DNA of 64,000 nt from the human T2T-CHM13v2.0 reference genome, Homo sapiens. Positions within the stretch are counted from its first letter, which is position 1, and each line of letters starts with the position of its first letter. Position numbers and translations under genes: made by a program. The stretch lies in assembly GCF_009914755.1 (NCBI RefSeq), contig NC_060933.1; one strand, written 5' to 3'. This document shows positions 52,500-64,000 of the stretch, in pieces. The notes beneath the pieces are model-generated. The model did not search any database, was not told the DNA's origin, and was given only the letters and a program-made list of their open reading frames with translations.

Positions 52500-54330
52500 G
52501 GAATGGAATCAACCCGACTGCAGGGGAATGGAATGGAATGGAATGCAATGGAATGGAATCATCCGGAACGGAATGGAATGGAATGGAATGGAATCAACTC
52601 GATTGCAATGGAATGGAATGGAATGGAATGGAATCGAATGGAATGGAATGGAATTAACCCGAATAGAATGGAATGGATTGGAATGGAATGGAATGGAACG
52701 GAACGGAACGGAACGGAATGGAATGGAATGGAATGGAATGGAATGGAATGGAATCAACCCGAGTGCAGGGGAATGGAATGGAATGGAATGCAATGTAATG
52801 GAATCATCCAGAATGGAATGGAATGGAGTGGAATGGAATGCAATCAACCTGATGCAATGGAATGGAGTGGAATGGAATGGAATGGAATGGAAACATCCCG
52901 AATGGAATGGAATGAAATGGAGTGTAATGGAGTGTAAGGGAATTGAATAGAATCAATCCGAATGTAATGGAATGGAATGGAATGAACCCGATGCAATGGA
53001 ATGGAATGGAATGGAATGGAATGGAATGGAATGGAACAACCCGAATGGAATGGAATGAAATGGAGAGTAAGGGAGTTGAATAGAATCAATCCGAATGTAA
53101 TGGAAGGGAATGGAACGGAATGTAATGGAATGGAAGGGAATGGAATGGAATGGAATGCAATGGAATGGAATGGAATGGAATAGAATCAACCCGAGTGCAA
53201 TGGAATGGAGTGGAATGGAATGGAGTGGAATGGAATGGAATGCAATGGAACAACCCGAATGGAATGGAATGTAATGGAGATTAAGGGAGTTGAATAGAAT
53301 CAATCCGAATGTAATGGAATGGAACGGAATGGAATGGAATGGAATGGAATGGAATGGAATGGAATGGAATGCAATGGAATGGAATGGAATGGAATGGAAT
53401 GGAATGGAATGAAACCAACCTGAGTGCAATGGAATGGAGAGGAATGGAATGGAATGGAATGGAAACTACCCGAATGGAATGGAATGTAATGGAGTGTAAG
53501 GGAATTGAATAGAATCAATCCGAATGGAATGGAATGGAATGGAACGGAATGTAATGGAATGGAATGGAATGGAATGGAATCAACCCGAGTGCAGGGGAAT
53601 GGAATGGAATGGAATGCAATGGAATGGAATCATCCGGAATGGAATGGAATGGAATGCAATGGAATGGAATGGAATGGAATCAACCCCAGTGCAATTGAAT
53701 GGAGTGAAATGGAATGGAATGGAATGGAATCAACCAGAATGGATTGGAATATAATGGAGTGTAAGGGAATTGAATAGAATCAATCTGAATGTAATGAAAT
53801 GGAATGGAACGGAATGAAATGGAATGGAATGGAATGCAATGGAATGGAATGGAATCAACCCGCCTGCAGGGGAATGGAATGGAATGGAATGCAATGGAAT
53901 GGAATCATCCGGAACGGAATGGAATGGAATGGATTGGAATCAACTCGATTGCAATGGAATGGAATGGAATGGAATGGAATCGAATGGAATGAAATGGAAT
54001 TAACCCGAATAGAATGGAATGGAATGGAATGGAAAGGAATGGAAGGGAATGGAATGGAATGTAATCAACCCGAGTGCAGGGGAATGGAATAGAATGGAAT
54101 GGAATGGAATGTAATCAACCCGAGTGCAGGGGAATGGAATAGAATGGAATGCAATGGAATGGAATCATCCGGAATGGAATGGAATGGAATGGAATGCAAT
54201 CAAACTGATGCAATGGAATGGAGTGGAATGGAATGGAATGGAATGGAAACATCCCGAATGGAATGGAATGTAATGGAGAATAAGGGAATTGAATAGAATC
54301 TATCCGAATGTAATGGAATGGAATGGAATG
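52500..54330 (+). repeat. Direct duplication ~52500-52980 = ~53850-54330 (offset ~1.35 kb)
   Basis: CCCG(A/C)CTGCAGGGG...ATCCGGAACGG 52513/53859; CTGATGCAATGG...AAACATCCCG 52891/54247. Confidence 0.75.
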
Positions 54331-54899
54331 GAATGGAATGGAATGGAATCAACCCGAGTGCAATGGAATGGATTCGAATGGAATGGAATGGAATGGAATG
54401 GATTCAACAAGAATGGAATGGAAAGGAATGGAATCAACCCGAGTGTAATGGCATGGAATGGAAAGGAATGGAATGGGATGGAATGGAATGGTACGGATTA
54501 GAATGGAATGGAATGAAATGGAATGGAATGGAATGGAATGGAATGGAATGCAATGGAATGGAATGGAATGAACCCGTGTGCAATGGAATGGAATGGAATG
54601 GAATTAAATGGATTCAACTCGAATGGAATCAACTCGATTGCAATGGAATGGAATGGAATGGAAAGGAATAGAATGGAATCAACCAGAGTGGAATGGAATG
54701 GAAAGGACTGGAATGGAGTGGAATGGAATGGAATGGAATTAACCCGAATAGAATGGAATGGAACGGAATGGAACAGAATGTAATGGAATGGAATGGAATG
54801 GAATCAATCCGAGTGCAGGGGAATGGAATGGAATGGAATGCAATGGAATGGAATCATCCGGAATGGAATGGAATGGAATGGAATGGAATGGAATGGAAT

Positions 54900-57130
54900 G
54901 GAATCAACTCGATTTCAATGGAATGGAATGGAATAGAATGGAATGGAATTAACACGAATAGAATGGAATGGAATGGAATGGAATGGAATGGAACAGAAAG
55001 GAATGGAATGGAATGGGATGGAATCAACCCAAATGCAGGGGAATGGAATGGAATGGAATTCTATGGAATGGAATCATCAGAATGGAATGGAATGGAATGG
55101 AATGGAATGGAATAGAATGGAATCAACCCGAGTGCAATGGAATGGAGAGGAATGGAATGTAATGGAATGGAAACTACCCGATTGGAATGTAATGTAATGG
55201 AGTGTAAGGGAATTGAATAGAATGAATACGAATGGAATGGAATGGAATGGAAAGGAATGGAATGGAATGGAATGGAATGGAATGGAATGCAATGCAATGC
55301 CATGGAATCAACACGAGTGCAATCGAATGGAATCGAATGGAATGGAATGCAATGGAATGGATTCATCTTCAATGGAATGGAAAGAATGGAATCAACACGA
55401 GTGGAATGGCATGGATTGGAATGGAATGGAATGGAATCAACCCGAGTACAGGGGAATGGAATGGAATGGAATGAAATGGAATGGAATCATCCGTAATGTA
55501 ATGGAAAGGAATGGAATGGAATGGAATGGAATGGAATGGAATGGAATCAACTCGATTGCAATCGAATGGAATGGAATGGAATTAACCCGAATAGAATGGA
55601 ATGGAATGGAATGGAATGGAACGGAACGGAATGGAATGGAATGGAACGGAACGGAATGGAATGGAAAGGAAAGGAATGGAATGGAATGGAATGGAATCAA
55701 CCCAAGTGCAGGGGAATGGAATGGAATGGAATTCAATGGAATGGAATCATCCGGAATGGAATGGAATGGAATGGAATGGAACGGAATCAACCTGAGTGCA
55801 ATGGAATGGAGAGGAATGGAATGGAATGGAATGGAAACTACCCGAATGGAATGGAATGTAATGGAGTGTAAGGGAATTGAATAGAATCAATCCGAATGTA
55901 ATGGAAGGGAATGGAACGGAATGGAATGGAATGGAATGGAATGGAATGGAATGGAATGGAATGCAATGGAATGGAATCAACCCGACTGCAATCAAATGGA
56001 ATCAAATGGAATGGAATGCAATGGAATGGATTCAACTTGAATGGAATGTGAAGAATGGAATCAACACGAGTGGAATGGCATGGAATGGAATGGAATGGAA
56101 TGGAATCAACCCGAGTACAAGGGAATGGAATGGAATGGAATGCAATGGAATGGAATCATCCATAATGTAATGGAAAGGAATGGAATGGAATGGAATGGAA
56201 TGGAATGGAATGGAATGGAATGGAATCAACTCGATTGCAATCGAGTGGAATGGAATGGAATTAACCCGAATAGAATGGAATGGAATGGAATGTAACGGAA
56301 CGGAACGGAACGGAACGGAATGGAATGGAATGGAATGGAATGGAAGGGAATCAACTCGATTTCAATGGAATGGAATGGAATAGAATGGAATGGAATTAAC
56401 ACGAATAGAATGGAATGGAATGGAATGGAATGGAACAGAAAGGAATGGAATGGAATGGGATGGAATCAACCCAAGTGCAGGGGAATGGAATGGAATGGAA
56501 TTCTATGGAATGGAACCATCAGAATGGAATGGAATGGAATGGAATGGAATGGAATAGAATGGAATCAACCCGAGTGCAATGGAATGGAGAGGAATGGAAT
56601 GGAATGGAATGGAAACTACCCGATTGGAATGTAATGTAATGGAGTGTAAGGGAATTGAATAGAATGAATACGAATGGAATGGAATGGAATGGAATGGAAA
56701 GGAATGGAATGGAATGGAATGGAATGGAATGGAATGCAATGCCATGGAATCAACACGAGTGCAATCGAATGGAATCGAATGGAATGGAATGCAATGGAAT
56801 GGATTCATCTTGAATGGAATGGAAAGAATGGAATCAACACGAGTGGAATGGCATGGATTGGAATGGAATGGAATGGAATCAACCCGAGTACAGGGGAATG
56901 GAATGGAATGGAATGAAATGGAATGGAATCATCCGTAATGTAATGGAAAGGAATGGAATGGAATGGAATGGAATGGAATGGAATGGAATGGAATCAACTC
57001 GATTGCAATCGAATGGAATGGAATGGAATTAACCCGAAAGAATGGAATGGAATGGAATGGAATGGAACGGAACGGAATGGAATGGAATGGAATGGAACGG
57101 AATGGAACGGAACGGAATGGAATGGAATGG
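54900..57130 (+). repeat. ~1.44 kb-period tandem duplication (second copy matches for ~0.8 kb)
   Basis: TTAACACGAAT 54949/56396, GAATTCTATGG 55056/56498, GCCATGG 55299/56741, ATTCATCTT ~55361/56803. Confidence 0.85.
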
Positions 57131-58129
57131 AATGGAATGGAATCAACGTGAGTGCAGGGGAATGGATTGGAATGGAATGCAATGGAATGGAATCATCCGG
57201 AATGGAATGGAATGGAATGAAATGGAATGGAATCAACCCGAGTACAGGGAATGGAATGGAATGGAATGCAATGGAATGGAATCATCCGTAATGGAATGGA
57301 AAGGAATGCAATGGAGTGGAATGGAATGGAATGGAATGGAATTAACTCGATTGCAATCGAATGGAATGGAATGGAATTAACCCGAATAGAATGGAATGGA
57401 ATGGAACGGAACGGAATGCAATGGAATGGAATCAACCCGAGTACAATGGAATGGAATGGAATGGAATGGAATGGAATGGAATGGAATGGAATGGAGTGGA
57501 ATTGAATGGAATGGAATGGCTTCAAACCGAATGGAATGGAAAGGAATGGAATCAACACAAGTGAAATGGAATGGAATGGAATGGAAACAACAAGAATGGA
57601 TTGGAATATAATGGAGAGTAAGGGAATTGAATAGAATCAATATGAATGTAATGAAATGGAATGGAAGGGAATGGAATGGAATGGAATTGAATGGAATGGA
57701 ATGGAATGCAATGGAATGGAATCAACCCGACTGCAATCGAATGGAATCGAATGGAATGGAATGCAATGGAATGGATTCAACTTGAATGGAATGGAAAGAA
57801 TGGAATCAACACGAGTGGAGTGGCATGGATTGGAATGGAATTGAATGGAATCAACCCGAGTACAGGGGAATAGAATGGAATGGAATGCAATGGAATGCAA
57901 TCATCCGTAATGGAATGGAAAGGAATGGAATGGAATGCAATGGAATGGAATGGAATCGAATGGAATGAAATGGCATCAACTCAATTGTAATCGAATGGAA
58001 TGGAATGGAATTAACCCGAATAGAATGGAATGGAATGGAATGGAACGGAACGGAATGGAACGGAATGGAATGGAATGGAATGGAATGGAACGGAAAGGAA
58101 TGGAATGGAATGGAATGGAATGGAATGGA

Positions 58130-61100
58130 ATGGAATGGAATCAACGCGAGTGCAGGGGAATGGAATGGAATCGAATGGAATGGAATGGAATGGAATGGAA
58201 TCAACCCGAATGCAGGGGAATGTAATGGAACTGAATGCAATGGAATGGAATCATCCGGAATGGAATGGAATGGAATGGAATGGAATCAACCTGAGTGCAA
58301 TGGAATGGAGTGGAATGGAATGGAATGGAATGGAACAACCCGAATGGAATGTAATGTAATGGAGAGTAAAGGAGTTGAAAAGAATCAATCGGAACGTAAT
58401 GGAATGGAATGGAACGGAATGGAATGGAATGGAATGGAATGGAATGGGATGGAATGCAATGGAATGGAATCAACCCGAGTGCAATCGAATGGAATCGAAT
58501 GGAATGGAATGTAATGGAATGGATTCAACTTGAATGGAATGGAAAGAATGGAATCAACACGAGTGGAATGGCATGGATTGGAATGGAATGCAATGGAATC
58601 AACCCGAGTACAGGGGAATGGAATGGAATGGAATGCAAAGGAATGGAATCATCCGGAATGGAATGGAATGGAATGGAATGGAATGGAATGGAATGCAATG
58701 GAATGGTATGGAGTGGAATGCAATGGAATGGAATCAACGCGAGTTCAGCGTAATGTAATGGAACGGAATGCAATGGAATGGAATCATCCGGAATGGAATG
58801 GAATAGAATGGAATGGAATGGAATGGAATGGAATGGAATCAACCCGAGTGCAATGGAATGGAGTGGAATGGAATGGAATGGAATGGAACAACCCGAATGG
58901 AATGGAATGTAATGGAGAGTAACGGAGTTGAATAGAATCAATCCGAATGTAATGGAATGAAATGGAATGGAACGGAATGGAATGGAATGGAATGGAATGC
59001 AATGGAATGGAATCAACCCGAGTACAATGGAATGGAATGGAATGGAATGGAATGGAATGGAATGGAATGGAATGGAGTGGAATTGAATGGAATGGAATGG
59101 CTTCAAACCGAATGGAATGGAAAGGAATGGAATCAACACGAGTGAAATGGAATGGAATGGAATGGAAACAACCAGAATGGATTGGAATATAATGGAGTGT
59201 AAGGGAATTGAATAGAATCAATCTGAAAGTAATGAAATGGAATGGAACGGAATGGAATGGAATGGAATGGAATGGAATGGAATGGAATGCAATTGAATGG
59301 AATCAACCCGAGTGCAATCGAATGGAATCGAATGGAATGGAATGCAATGGAAGGGATTCAACTTGAATGGAATGGAAAGAATGGAATCAACACGAGTGGA
59401 ATGGCATGGATTGGAATGGAATGGAATGGAATCAACCCGAGTACAGGGGAATAGAATGGAATGGAATGAAATGGAATGGAATCATCCGTAATGTAATGGA
59501 AAGGAATGGAATGGAATGGAAAGGAATGGAATGGAATGGAATGGAATCAACTCGATTGCAATCGAATGGAATGGAATGGAATTAACCCGAAAGAATGGAA
59601 TGGAATGGAATGGAATGGAACGGAACGGAATGGAATGGAATGGAATGGAACGGAATGGAATGGAATGGAATTGAATGGAATGGAATGGAATGCAATGGAA
59701 TGGAATCAACCCGACTGCAATCGAATGGAATCGAATGGAATGGAATGCAATGGAATGGATTCAACTTGAATGGAATGGAAAGAATGGAATCAACACGAGT
59801 GGAGTGGCATGGATTGGAATGGAATTGAATGGAATCAACCCGAGTACAGGGGAATGGAATGGAATGGAATGCAATGGAATGGAATCATCCGTAATGGAAT
59901 GGAAAGGAATGGAATGGAATGGAATGGAATCGAATGGAATGAAATGGCATCAACTCAATTGTAATCGAATGGAATGGAATGGAATTAACCCGAATAGAAT
60001 GGAATGGAATGGAATGGAACGGAACGGAATGGAACGGAATGGAATGGAATGGAATGGAATGGAACGGAAAGGAATGGAATGGAATGGAATGGAATGGAAT
60101 GGATTCAACGCGAGTGCAGGGGAATAGAATGGAATGGAATGCAATGGAATGCAATCTTCCGAAATGGAATGGAATGGAATGGAATGGAATGCAATGGATT
60201 CAACTCGATTGCAATGGAGTGGAATAGAATGGAATGGAATGGAATGGAATGGAATTAACCCGAATAGAATGGAATGGAATGGAATGGAACGGAACGGAAC
60301 GGAACGCAACGGAATGGAATGGAATGGAATGGAATTGTATGGAATGGAATGGAAAGGTACGGAATAGAATGGAATGGAAGAATTGGAATGGAATGGAATC
60401 GAATGGAATGGTATGGAATGGAATGGAATGGAATGGAATCAACCCGAGTGCAGGGGAATGTAATGGAACGGAATGCAATGGAATGGAATCATCCGGAATG
60501 GAATGGAATGGAATGGAATGCAATGGAATGGAAACATCCGTAATGGAATTGATAGGAATGGAATGGAATGGAATGGAATGGAATGGAATGGAATGGAATG
60601 GAATGGAATCAACTCGATTGCAATCGAATGGAATGGAATGGAATTAACCCGAATAGAATGGAATGGAAAGGAATGGAACGGAATGGAATGGAATGGAATG
60701 GAATGCAATGGAATGGAAAGGAATGAAATGGAATGGAATGGAATGGCATGGAATGGAATCAACGCGAGTGCAGGGGAATGGAATGGAATCGAATGGAATG
60801 GATTGGAATGGAATGGAATCAACCCGAATGCAGGGGAATGTAATGGAACTGAATGCAATGGAATGGAATCATCCGGAATGGAATGGAATGGAATGGAATG
60901 GAATCAACCTGAGTGCATTGGAATGGAGTGGAATGGAATGGAATGGAATGGAACAACCCGAATGGAATGTAATGTAATGGAGAGTAAAGGAGTTGAAAAG
61001 AATCAATCCGAATGTAATGGAATGGAATGGAACGGAATGGAATGGAATGCAATGTAATGGAATGGGTTGGAATGCAATGGAATGGAATCAACCCGAGTGC

Positions 61101-63190
61101 AATCGAATGGAATCGAATGGAATGGATTGTAATGGAATGGATTCAACTTGAATGGAATGGAAAGAATGGAATCAACACGAGTGGAATGGCATGGATTGGA
61201 ATGGAATGGAATGGAATCAACCCGAGTACAGGGGAATGGAATGGAATGGAATGCAATGGAATGGAATCATCCGGAATGGAATGGAATGGAATGGAATGGA
61301 ATGGAATGGAATGCAATGGAATGGTATGGAGTGGAATGCAATGGAATGGAATCAACGCGAGTGCAGGGTAATGTAATGGAACGGAATGCAATGGAATGGA
61401 ATCATCCGGAATGGAATGGAATGGAATGGAATGGAATGGAATGGAATGGAATGGAATGGAATCAACCCGAGTGCAATGGAATCTAGTGGAATGGAATGGA
61501 ATGGAATGGAACAACCCGAATGGAATGGAATGTAATGGAGAGTAACGGAGTTGAATAGAATCAATCCGAATGTAATGGAATGGAATGGAACGGAATGGAA
61601 TGGAATGGAATGGAATGCAATGGAATGGAATCAACCCGAGTACAATGGAATGGAATGGAATGGAATGGAATGGAATGGAATGGAATGGAATGGAGTGGAA
61701 TTGAATGGAATGGAATGGCTTCAAACCGAATGGAATGGAAAGGAATGGAATCAACACGAGTGAAAAGGAATGGAATGGAATGGAAACAACCAGAATGGAT
61801 TGGAATATAATGTTGTGTAAGGGAACTGAATAGAATCAATCTGAATGTAATGAAATGGAATGGAACGGAATGGAATGGAATGGAATGGAATGGAATGGAA
61901 TGGAATGGAAGGGAATGCAATGGAATGGAATCAACCCGAGTGCAATAGAATGGAATCGAATGGAATGGAATGCAATGGAATGGATTCAACTTGAATGCAA
62001 TGGAAAGAATGGAATCAACACGAGTGGAATGGCATGGATTGGAATGGAATGGAATGGAATCAACCCCAGTACAGGGGAATGGAATGGAATGGAATGCAAT
62101 GGAATGGAATCATCCGTAATGGAATGGAAAGGAATGGAATGGAATGGAATGGAATCAACCCGAGTGCAATGGAATGGAGTGAAATGGAATGGAATGGAAT
62201 GGAAACAACCAGAATGGATTGGAATATAATGGAGTGTAAGGGAATTGAATAGAATCAATCTGAATGTAATGAAATAGAATGGAACGGATTGTAATGCAAT
62301 GGAATGGAATGGAATGGAATGCAATGGAATGGAATCAACCCGAGTGCAATCGAATGGAATCGAATGGAATGGAATGCAATGGAAAGGATTCAACTTGAAT
62401 GGAATGGAAAGAATGGAATCAACACGAGTGGAGTGGCATGGATTGGAATGGAATTGAATGGAATCAACCCGAGTACAGGGGAATGGAATGGAATGGAATG
62501 CAATGGAATGGAATCATCCGTAATGGAATGGAAAGGAATGGAATGGAATGGAATGGAATGGAATGGAATGGAATGGAATCGAATGGAATGGAATGGAATC
62601 AACTCAATTGTAATCGAATGGAATGGAATGGAATTAACCCGAATAGAATGGAATGGAATGGAATGGAACGGAACGGAATGGAAAGGAATGGAATGGAATG
62701 GAATGGAATGGAATGGAACGGAAAGGAATGGAATGGAATGGAATGGAATGGAATGGAATGGATTCAACGCGAGTGCAGGGGAATGGAATGGAATGGAATG
62801 CAATGGAATGCAATCTTCCGAAATGGAATGGAATGGAATGGAATGGAATGCAATGGATTCAACTCGATTGCAATGGAGTGGAATAGAATGGAACGGAATG
62901 GAATGGAATGGAATTAACCCGAATAGAATGGAATGGAATGGAATGGAACGGAACGGAACGGAATGGAATGGAATGGAATGGAATGGAATGGAATTGTATG
63001 GAATGGAATGGAATGGTACGGAATAGAATCGAATGGAAGAATTGGAATGGAATGTAATCGAATGGAATGGTATGGAAAGGAATGGAATGGAATGGAATCA
63101 ACCCGAGTGCAGGGGAATGTAATGGAACGGAATGCAATGGAATGGAATCATCCGGAATGGAATGGAATGGAATGGAATGGAATGGAATCA
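58130..63190 (+). repeat. ~2.62-2.66 kb tandem duplication
   Basis: GGAACTGAATGC 58227/60845, GAGTAAAGGAGTTGAAAAG 58364/60982, GTAACGGAG 58919/61542, CAATCTTCCGAAAT 60152/62811, GAATTGTATGG 60332/62991. Confidence 0.87.
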
Positions 63191-64000
63191 ACCTGAGTGC
63201 AATACAATGGAGTGGAATGGAATGGAATGGAATGGAACAACACGAATGGAATGGAATGGAATGGAGAGTAAGGGAGTTGAATAGAATCAACCCGAATGTA
63301 ATGGAATGGAATGGAACGGAAGGGAATGGAATGGAATGCAATGGAATGGAATCAACCCGAGTACAATGGAATGGAATGGAATGGAATGGAATGGAATGGA
63401 ATGGAATGGAATCAACCCGAGTGCAATGGAATGGAGAGGAATGGAATGGAATGGAATGGAAACTACCCGAATGGAATGGAATGTAACGAAGTGTAAGGGA
63501 ATTGAATAGAATCAATCCGAATGTAATGGGATGGAATGGAACGGAATGGAATGGAATGGAATGGAATGGAATGGAATGGAATGCAATGGAATGGAATGGA
63601 ATTCACCCGAATAGAATGGAATGGAATGGAATGGAAATGAATGGAAGGGAAGGGAATGGAATGTAATCAACCCGAGTGCAGGGGAATGGAATGGAATGGA
63701 ATGCAATGGAATGGAATCATCCGGAATGGAATGGAATGGAATGGAATGGAATGGAATGGAATGGAATGGAATGGAATGCAATGGAATGGAATCAACCCGT
63801 GTACAATGGAATGGAATAGAATGGAATAGAATGGAATGGAATGGAATGGAATAGAATGCTTTCAAACTGAATGGAATGGAAAGGAATGGAATCAACACGA
63901 GTGGAATGGAATGGAATGGAATGGAATGGAATGGAGTGGAGTGGAATGGAATGGAATGGAATGGAATGGAATGGAATGGAATGGTACGGAATAGAACGGA

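Larger units (their letters stand above)
1..64000 (+). repeat. Satellite III (HSat3-type) array: (GGAAT)n interrupted by CAACCCGA(G/A)T-family motifs
   Basis: GGAAT pentamer runs from first to last base in one orientation. Hundreds of CAACCCGAGT / CAACCCGAAT / CAACTCGATT / TTAACCCGAAT interruptions match the classical Satellite III definition. The HSat2 hallmark (TCGAATGGAATCATC-rich 23/26-bp units) is not the dominant pattern. Chromosome, subfamily and species cannot be fixed from sequence alone. Confidence 0.98.
46251..64000 (+). repeat. HSat3 domain A' (right), same landmark set as domain A but more diverged and rearranged
   Basis: Return of GAGAGTAAGGGAGTTG, TTCAACTTGAATGG, ATCATCCGTAAT, CTTCAAACCG, ATCGTTCCGAGTG (~50362, ~51850) and GGAAACTAATAG. 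B-type landmarks appear only at ~47960-48570 and ~54390-54630. Confidence 0.82.

Noticed and set aside
78-63898. Hundreds of ORFs (MEWNG / IPFHS repeats) as protein-coding genes
   Set aside because: Pure GGAAT has no stop codon in any frame and an ATG every 5 bp, so overlapping ORFs in all six frames are expected. There is no domain content or gene structure. Database 'hypothetical protein' hits to such peptides would be satellite mis-annotations.
1-64000. CRISPR-like repeat/spacer array
   Set aside because: The intervals between landmarks are GGAAT runs, not unique spacers, and there are no cas genes.
1-64000. Transposon insertion, inversion, HSat2 or alpha-satellite patch
   Set aside because: No Alu/L1/LTR sequence, poly(A) tail, CATTC-oriented block or 171-bp monomer was seen.
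1-64000. Canonical G-quadruplex motifs
   Set aside because: Runs of three or more G (GCAGGGG, TAAGGG, GAAGGG) are isolated and too far apart to give four G3 tracts with short loops.
1-64000. Assignment to a specific chromosome or subfamily (e.g. 9q12, DYZ1, D15Z1)
   Set aside because: No regular 3.6-kb or 1.8-kb unit is evident. Assignment needs k-mer classification or mapping that I cannot run.

Overview
The whole 64 kb is classical Satellite III (HSat3-type) pericentromeric satellite DNA from human or a close primate relative. It consists of (GGAAT)n on the + strand, interrupted every few tens of bases by CAACCCGA(G/A)T-family 10-mers and a few longer landmark motifs. I see no genes, RNA genes, transposons, CRISPR arrays, unique-sequence inserts or strand inversions. 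All listed ORFs (MEWNG / IPFHS repeats) are artefacts of translating the pentamer. I find no evidence of a new gene system; the interest lies in array architecture. Rare variants show an A-B-A' layering of two sub-types (about 1-8.2 kb, 8.2-46.2 kb, 46.2-64 kb). Inside B there is a cryptic tandem duplication of a ~17 kb unit whose first copy lacks two internal segments. Several 0.06-2.6 kb tandem duplications occur, one of which copies the B/A' boundary itself. Perfect three-unit heat-shock elements (GGAATCTTCCGGAAW) occur only in A-type sequence. Coordinates were read by eye, so block boundaries are approximate (tens of bp).
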